This document shows positions 57,874 to 64,000 of a DNA stretch of 64,000 nucleotides, piece after piece. Source of the stretch: a virus. The DNA lies in IMG/VR virus record IMGVR_UViG_3300016471_001035, positions 75,595 to 139,594 of that record; one strand, written 5' to 3'. Under the pieces are notes generated by a model. The model saw nothing but the letters and a program-made list of their open reading frames with translations, did not search any database and had not been told where the DNA came from. The position numbers and the translations under genes are program-made. The number at the start of each line of letters is the position of its first letter. Position 1 is the stretch's first letter.

Positions 57874-60800
57874 ATGGATGTAATTAATTTAGATAGTACT
57901 AATTTTGTTGGTTTGTCAGCAAAATATAGCAATGATGAAACTTTAAAGTTTAATCAATCTATTATATTTTCTGAACAAAGCATCTATCTATCGCTTAACG
58001 AAATATTGAAAGAAATTTACGATAATAAAATAAACAACTATTCTAATTTGTTTTTAACAAATAAAAACGTTCTATCAACCGGTATATATATTGATAAACT
58101 AGAGCCATTAGAAGATGAAGGGTTCTCTACATATTTTGCTGCTAATGCTGCGGGTACTATAACACCATCTACTAAATTTTGGGTAGTAGATGAACCCGCA
58201 ATTAGCGTAAATGTAGCGCAAGTTAAAGTAGATGGCGAGTTTAGTACTATAAACAACAAGTATTTTTTTGATGTAGAGCTATTAACTGAAAAACTTTGTA
58301 AAATTTCCCACGAAAACAGCAACGTTACTAGATATTTAACTGTCGATTATACCGGTAATCTGTCTTTTGCAAAAGATGCAGGATTAGATTTAATTGGCCC
58401 TCTTAGCCCCCAGATATTTTATTACATTTATGATAGAGCTTATAATTATATGGTTTTAATAAAAAACATAAACGATATACCTAAATTTGTTACTTTTAGC
58501 GCTAATAATGAAGATCTTGCATTAACCGATCCCATTACAGGTACGAGTATACCGTATTCAATAACTTCTGTTTTTAGAGTAAGAGAAAGAAACCCTCTTC
58601 CCAATAAAACAGAATTATTAGATCCTTGGGTTAGCTATACAAAAGATTTTAAAACAAATTCACAAGATATTAATGCTGATAGAAGTTTTGATAACACTAA
58701 TACAAACTTTTTAATTAATAACCAGTATTATACAATTTCTGGTAACGAAATTAACTTTAATTTATTATCACTTAAAAATACCTCTACCCCGGAATACAAC
58801 ATTTCTAGAGCTAATCCTTTTTTTGATGAAATAAATGTTGAGTTTAGAGACTATAAAAAGCTTCATACAGGTACATATCAAAATTTAGGAAATGATAATA
58901 TTACTGCTGGGTTTGAAAGTTATACTAATGCTATAACTCTTAAGAAAGATAAAGTAACATATTTTCATATTCCTCAAGTATTTTATCCTTTTTTAAGACT
59001 TAATATAAATGATTCTGGATTGACAGAAGCAGGAGCTATAGCTGGTGATCATCCTTTAAAATCAGATAAAATATTTAAGAAAAAAGCTGATTATAAATAT
59101 ACTTCTAATTTTGGCGATACTGCGGAAGAAAATTCAGGCGAATTTTTATGCGCATGGCTTTCCGGAAATACAAGCCCAGACGTTAGACCTGTGTGGGTAG
59201 ATAGATATTATAATCCAAAGAAAATTTCTGGTTATCAAGCTCTAACTGCATCAGACTTTAAAGCAATTAAATATATTTCTAATTTTGACTGCTTGGTAGA
59301 GAAAGCTTTTGAAACGTTTGCGAGGGATGTGGATGTTTTTGATAAACCATCTGACTTAATTTTTGAAAAAGGAACTTATTATGCGTATCATCATTACGGG
59401 CCAAAAGACGTAGATAAATTTATTGAAACCCTATCTCTCGATCTGGTAGAAAAAGGTATAAAGACTTATCTTTTCAATAATGGTGCTGACGCTACATATA
59501 CTGCGGTAATAAATGAAAGTGATGAGGTATCAGAATATTTATTTGACGGTAAGAAATACGGTACTACCTCACAGTTATCCGCTATTCAGGCGTCTAACCA
59601 ATTTACTTTAGTTTTTGATGGCTACAGTTCAGATTGGAATAAACCCATAGGAAATCAATTAGTTGGTAATTATGATAGAGACGGTTTTGGTATTTTTAAT
59701 GAAAATTTAGTTACACCCACTTTATTTGTACCTATTTTAAGTGGTCTGTATGTTACAAACTTAGATTATAGAATTCTCAATACATTAAAGTTCGATAGTA
59801 ATATTACAGGTATTATAAGACTTCAGGGTATGAACGATTTTTATGGCATATTTGAAGACAATAGCTTTAGAAGATTTAATTTAAATTACTCTGAAACAAG
59901 ACGTGGTTATCCTGCTGATATAACAGATGAATTAGGTAAAGTTAGAGGTGTTGATTATAATGAAACAGATGCAAGAGTTCTTATTGGCGATAACCCCGGG
60001 GTTAAAAAACTAATGAGGCTAGATTTAAACTCTCATGAAATTACAGATATTACTTCTGGTACTTTTAATTTAACAAAATACCCTAGAAGAATATCAAAAG
60101 GGCTTAATATAAACACAGCAAATTCAATAGTATTTTATAATGACGTAATGTATTTAACGCAAGGTTCAAAAGCAATAAGAGCCAAAGATACAATTTTTTA
60201 TAATTTTGAAAATTCTCAAATACTACAATGGAAGGATATTACTAATTTAACAAGTATTAATCCAATAACAGCATTTGTATCAAGCACTACTATAAATGAC
60301 TTTTCTGTAGACTTTGATAGCAATTTATGGATAGTATTTGATAATAATAAATTTGCAAAATATAGTTATGACCGCGTTTTTATACTTTCTGGTGAATTTA
60401 TAGATACCGAAGACAAAAACTATACTAATTACAAAATAGATTTTACTGCAGATTTTAATTTAGGAAGTTATTCTCAACATGCGATAGTTACTCGTCAATC
60501 ATATACAGGAGAAAAAAATAATTTACAATTCGTAAAGCTTTCATTAAGCGGTGTTACTGTAGATAGAAAATATTTTTCAGAATATACGCCTTTAGGTAAT
60601 AATTATATTTGTAAAAACGTTCTAGTAAAGGACGTATTTACAACTTCACCTACATTATCTGTACAGTACCCCAACGGTATTGTTTTAAATCAAATTATTC
60701 CCAGTGAAAATTACACCAACCTTATTTCTTTTAGTGCTAATATTGCAAATTACTTTTATAATAGAAACTTACAAACGTATAATTTTGCAAATTCTAAATT

Positions 60801-61461
60801 CTTAACAACTTATGTTAAGGATAAATATCCTTCAAATAGTATAAATGTAAAAGCGCAACTAACCAATATTTTTAACACTAATGATACAGTATTAACAGAA
60901 ATTATTTTTAATTTATCTGCATTAGATGTAGGGTATCATAATTTTGCAGTCAGATTTGATGCTGACGGCGGATATATGCATTTGTTTATAGATGGCCAGC
61001 AAAAAGGAGTAACTGAATTTTCACCTAGAAAATATAAATTTAGTAATTTAATATACCGTCCATTTTTAATTGGTAGTTCGAGTTACGCATATTCATTACC
61101 TTTATTTTCGTATTTAAAAAACACATCATTTCTTGCATATGATTTCAGAGTAAAGAATTTCTATATATATGATACACCTCTTTTTGATTTTGATATTATG
61201 TTTCATGCAAGAAAAGGTATGAGCATACAAGATATAGTATTTGATGTTGCATGTGGTAGAAGAAATTATTTTGAAGAAATTGAGAGGTACTTTAAATTTA
61301 CACCTCCCGGCTCTAAATCTACACAATATAATTTAATTATTAAAAATTCTGGTATTCAAGACGAAGAATTGCAGTATGCTTTGGAGCAGCGTATTTATGA
61401 AATAATAAACAGTACTGCTCCAGTTTATTCAAGGCTAAATAATATTAAATGGGTAAATTAA
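57874..61461 (+). CDS. Large putative virion protein with C-terminal LamG/ConA-like segment
   Basis: YHNFAVRFD...MHLFIDG...FLIG...KNFYIYDTPL; late promoter. Confidence 0.65.
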   Translation: MDVINLDSTNFVGLSAKYSNDETLKFNQSIIFSEQSIYLSLNEILKEIYDNKINNYSNLFLTNKNVLSTGIYIDKLEPLEDEGFSTYFAANAAGTITPSTKFWVVDEPAISVNVAQVKVDGEFSTINNKYFFDVELLTEKLCKISHENSNVTRYLTVDYTGNLSFAKDAGLDLIGPLSPQIFYYIYDRAYNYMVLIKNINDIPKFVTFSANNEDLALTDPITGTSIPYSITSVFRVRERNPLPNKTELLDPWVSYTKDFKTNSQDINADRSFDNTNTNFLINNQYYTISGNEINFNLLSLKNTSTPEYNISRANPFFDEINVEFRDYKKLHTGTYQNLGNDNITAGFESYTNAITLKKDKVTYFHIPQVFYPFLRLNINDSGLTEAGAIAGDHPLKSDKIFKKKADYKYTSNFGDTAEENSGEFLCAWLSGNTSPDVRPVWVDRYYNPKKISGYQALTASDFKAIKYISNFDCLVEKAFETFARDVDVFDKPSDLIFEKGTYYAYHHYGPKDVDKFIETLSLDLVEKGIKTYLFNNGADATYTAVINESDEVSEYLFDGKKYGTTSQLSAIQASNQFTLVFDGYSSDWNKPIGNQLVGNYDRDGFGIFNENLVTPTLFVPILSGLYVTNLDYRILNTLKFDSNITGIIRLQGMNDFYGIFEDNSFRRFNLNYSETRRGYPADITDELGKVRGVDYNETDARVLIGDNPGVKKLMRLDLNSHEITDITSGTFNLTKYPRRISKGLNINTANSIVFYNDVMYLTQGSKAIRAKDTIFYNFENSQILQWKDITNLTSINPITAFVSSTTINDFSVDFDSNLWIVFDNNKFAKYSYDRVFILSGEFIDTEDKNYTNYKIDFTADFNLGSYSQHAIVTRQSYTGEKNNLQFVKLSLSGVTVDRKYFSEYTPLGNNYICKNVLVKDVFTTSPTLSVQYPNGIVLNQIIPSENYTNLISFSANIANYFYNRNLQTYNFANSKFLTTYVKDKYPSNSINVKAQLTNIFNTNDTVLTEIIFNLSALDVGYHNFAVRFDADGGYMHLFIDGQQKGVTEFSPRKYKFSNLIYRPFLIGSSSYAYSLPLFSYLKNTSFLAYDFRVKNFYIYDTPLFDFDIMFHARKGMSIQDIVFDVACGRRNYFEEIERYFKFTPPGSKSTQYNLIIKNSGIQDEELQYALEQRIYEIINSTAPVYSRLNNIKWVN

Positions 61462-63078
61462 ATGAATATATCTAGTGAAATATTAAATGAGGGGTTAATA
61501 TATGATAGATATCTTGGAGAAGAGTTATCATTACCATATACTCTAGATGATATAAAGGTACAGCCTAATGATACTGTGTCCTCTAGTCTAATAAGTTTAA
61601 AATTTAAACATTTATATGACAATTTTTTATATTTGTATAAAAATACTCTCCTTGCTTCTAATGTTATACCAGTTTCATCAACTGCAATTGCTGGTATAAC
61701 AGCATCATCAACTATATTTGCGTGGTACGAAGGTTTAAGCTCAAGAGAATTTAAATCATTATCAAACAATTCCAATTTACAAGGTGTTGATAATACGAAA
61801 GCAATAATGCTTTTAAAAAATAAAGATTTTGATAGATATTCACTTTTTACATCATCAGGAACAGCTATAAATATATTTAATTTTGATTATAATGCAACGT
61901 ACATTGAAAAAGTATTAACCGTTTCGCAAATTGATCAAGGATACGGAGTGCCGTTCAAAAGCGTTTGCGATTTTGAATTTTATAAAAACAATTTATTCGT
62001 TCTAGATTGTGAATTAAATAGGCTTATAAAATATGATGCAAGCGGATTTTACGAACTTAATACAGTTACAAATAATAGATTATTTTATATAGACTCTATT
62101 GGCAATTATGGAGATCAAAACTCAAAAACGGATTTTTACGACCCTAAAGGCATTACAATTTTTAATAATTTTATTTTTGTGTTAGACTCAGGCAACAAAT
62201 GTATAAAAAAGTACGATACAAATTTAAATTGGAAGTATACTTTTAGACTTTATCAAGACTTTTTATCCGCATTTCCTATTGATATTGCCGCAGATAGCAA
62301 CGGTAATTTATTTGTCTTAACTGATAACGATAAAATTTTTATTTATGATAATGATATTAAAAATAGAAAAATTATAGATCTCGTGGCACTAAAAGAAAAT
62401 GATGAAAAGTTTAAAAAGCTAGTTTTTTCTCAAAGCGATACTAATATTTTTTATTTATATTCAGATAAAAATATATACAAAAAACTAGTTAACAAGCCTT
62501 ATAGTACAGTAGGAAAATATTTACTTTATTTGTTTAAATATGATGACCCTGCTGAAAAAATAAATGCATTTGCATCTGCGCCCACACTAGATTTAAAAAG
62601 CGATTCAAATATTATGTTTTCTGTATCTGGTAATATAGGTAAATTTGGATATTTTTATGATAATATTAATTTATTTGATATATTAGCAGTTAGAGATTTT
62701 GATATATATGGTTTCGATGAACTAAAATTTAATTTTGATGAATATGTACAGAATTGGGTTTTTAATAAGAATATTTCTAAACTTTTATTAGGCATGATGA
62801 GATTGAGAGATGAAATAATTGGAAAGTTTATAGCTTCTAAAGACTATAAAGGTAATATAACCTTTACAGGTACCAGATATCTTATTCCTCAAGAATTAGA
62901 TACTATTTATTTTGAGCAAGATATTACCTTTTTTGTAGGTAATAATGAGCTTCTTACAAGCAGTATAATAAACAGACCTCTTACAAAACTTTTTAATGTT
63001 CAAGAATCATTATTAAAAATTCTTGATGCTGAAATTATAAGAACACCTAGTAACAACACGCCAATAACCCTTAACTAA
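61462..63078 (+). CDS. NHL-repeat beta-propeller putative virion protein
   Basis: LFVLDCELNRLIKYD, FYDPKGI...FVLDSGNKCIKKYD, PIDIAADSNGNLFV. Confidence 0.7.
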   Translation: MNISSEILNEGLIYDRYLGEELSLPYTLDDIKVQPNDTVSSSLISLKFKHLYDNFLYLYKNTLLASNVIPVSSTAIAGITASSTIFAWYEGLSSREFKSLSNNSNLQGVDNTKAIMLLKNKDFDRYSLFTSSGTAINIFNFDYNATYIEKVLTVSQIDQGYGVPFKSVCDFEFYKNNLFVLDCELNRLIKYDASGFYELNTVTNNRLFYIDSIGNYGDQNSKTDFYDPKGITIFNNFIFVLDSGNKCIKKYDTNLNWKYTFRLYQDFLSAFPIDIAADSNGNLFVLTDNDKIFIYDNDIKNRKIIDLVALKENDEKFKKLVFSQSDTNIFYLYSDKNIYKKLVNKPYSTVGKYLLYLFKYDDPAEKINAFASAPTLDLKSDSNIMFSVSGNIGKFGYFYDNINLFDILAVRDFDIYGFDELKFNFDEYVQNWVFNKNISKLLLGMMRLRDEIIGKFIASKDYKGNITFTGTRYLIPQELDTIYFEQDITFFVGNNELLTSSIINRPLTKLFNVQESLLKILDAEIIRTPSNNTPITLN

Positions 63079-63079
63079 T

Positions 63080-64000
63080 ATGTCAAAGTATATTTTCAGA
63101 CTAAATGCAGGTAAAGCTCAGGAAAATATTACCCCCATTTTTCCTACACAGACGCCTACTATTTCTCTTACACCTACTAATACTCCTACAAACACACCTT
63201 CATCTAATATAGCTCCTACTAGCACGCCTACACCTACCGCAACTCCAACAAGAACATCAGCAGAGACACCCACCCCTACGCGAACACCTACCTCCACTGT
63301 AACACCTACATCTACTATTACCAGTACAAACACTTCTACTGTGACACCAACTACAACTAATACTGCTACAACTACACAAACACCAAGTACTAGCCCATCT
63401 GCTACTTTCTCACCAACACCTACTACTTCACCTACAACAACAGAAATCGGCACACAGACACCAACAACCACCCCTACTAATACTTTAACGCCTAGTTCTA
63501 CTGTAACATCTACTGCAACATTAACACCTACACCTTCAGTTACTGAAACAGCAACACCTACTATTACACCAACTGAAACCCCTACTCCTACTGTAACACC
63601 AACAGTAACACCCACTGAAACACCTACACCTACTGAGACTATAACTCCAACAACTACAACAACAGTTACAGCTACTCCTTCGTCTACTAATAATCCTACA
63701 CCTACGTCTACCGAAACACCGACAACTACACCTACACCTACGTCTACCGAAACACCCACTCCTACTGAAACACCTACAACCACACCAACTACTTCTGAAA
63801 CATCTACACTTACTCCTACAGTTACACCATCTGAGACAACTACAGTAACACCGTCAGTCACAGAAACACCTACTTTAACTGTTACACCTTCTATTACAGA
63901 AACGTTAACCCCTACTAATACCCCCACGTGTACTTCAACAGTAACACCCACTGTAACTGTTACCTCAACGCCCACTGAAACTGAAACCCCTACTCCTACT
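63080..64000 (+). CDS. Mucin-like Thr/Pro-rich protein, 3'-truncated; absent from the ORF track
   Basis: ATG at 63080 just after the upstream TAA; MSKYIFRLNAGKAQENITPIFPTQTPTISLTPTNTPT..., open to the window end with nearly 290 T/P/S/E-rich residues. Confidence 0.88.
   Translation, partial: MSKYIFRLNAGKAQENITPIFPTQTPTISLTPTNTPTNTPSSNIAPTSTPTPTATPTRTSAETPTPTRTPTSTVTPTSTITSTNTSTVTPTTTNTATTTQTPSTSPSATFSPTPTTSPTTTEIGTQTPTTTPTNTLTPSSTVTSTATLTPTPSVTETATPTITPTETPTPTVTPTVTPTETPTPTETITPTTTTTVTATPSSTNNPTPTSTETPTTTPTPTSTETPTPTETPTTTPTTSETSTLTPTVTPSETTTVTPSVTETPTLTVTPSITETLTPTNTPTCTSTVTPTVTVTSTPTETETPTPT
63142..64000 (+). repeat. Long degenerate TPT/TETPT coding repeat
   Basis: ACx/CCx-dominated, strongly C-rich and G-poor tract. 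Confidence 0.9.

Noticed and set aside
2467-61775. Short opposite-strand or nested ORFs (e.g. 2467, 2740, 4844, 6700, 7754, 20439, 23737, 35626, 39297, 58038, 61458)
   Set aside because: They lie over well-supported genes and lack motifs or promoter signals.
63118-63975. 285-aa minus-strand Val/Gly ORF, and similar ORFs at 48726-49067 and 57723-57932
   Set aside because: Antisense shadows of ACx/CCx Thr/Pro codons; the plus-strand frames have proper starts and operon context.
1-64000. Stop-codon reassignment as in some large phages
   Set aside because: Core genes are full length in the standard code, and TAA, TGA and TAG all end genes.

Overview
A 64-kb, AT-rich (roughly 70% by eye), densely coding segment of a large T4-like myovirus genome; ORFs are intact in the standard genetic code. 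1-17.5 kb is a replication module (family B DNA polymerase, UvsX, gp41 helicase, gp32 SSB, gp45 clamp, gp61 primase). It also carries QueC, a class II glutamine amidotransferase missed by the ORF track, a glycosyltransferase, an RmlD-like sugar reductase and ribosomal protein bS21, and is interrupted by minus-strand late genes. 17.5-50.4 kb holds neck, terminase, tail sheath/tube and baseplate genes plus dUTPase and clamp loader. 50.4-57 kb is a five-gene glycosyltransferase/methyltransferase operon flanked by probable virion proteins with mucin-like Thr/Pro tracts. Main unexplained signals: (1) nearly every transcription unit has its promoter (TTGnnn-N16-TAnnnT-N6 or TAAATA-N5/6) placed so the start codon is the predicted +1, implying window-wide leaderless mRNA in a phage that encodes its own bS21; (2) one clear exception, the amidotransferase, has AGGAGG and an ATT start; (3) a GT60-like polypeptide HexNAc transferase sits beside mucin-like structural proteins, suggesting virion O-glycosylation. 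I saw no tRNA, rRNA, CRISPR array, mobile element, major capsid or portal gene. All product calls come from motif recognition and synteny, not database searches.
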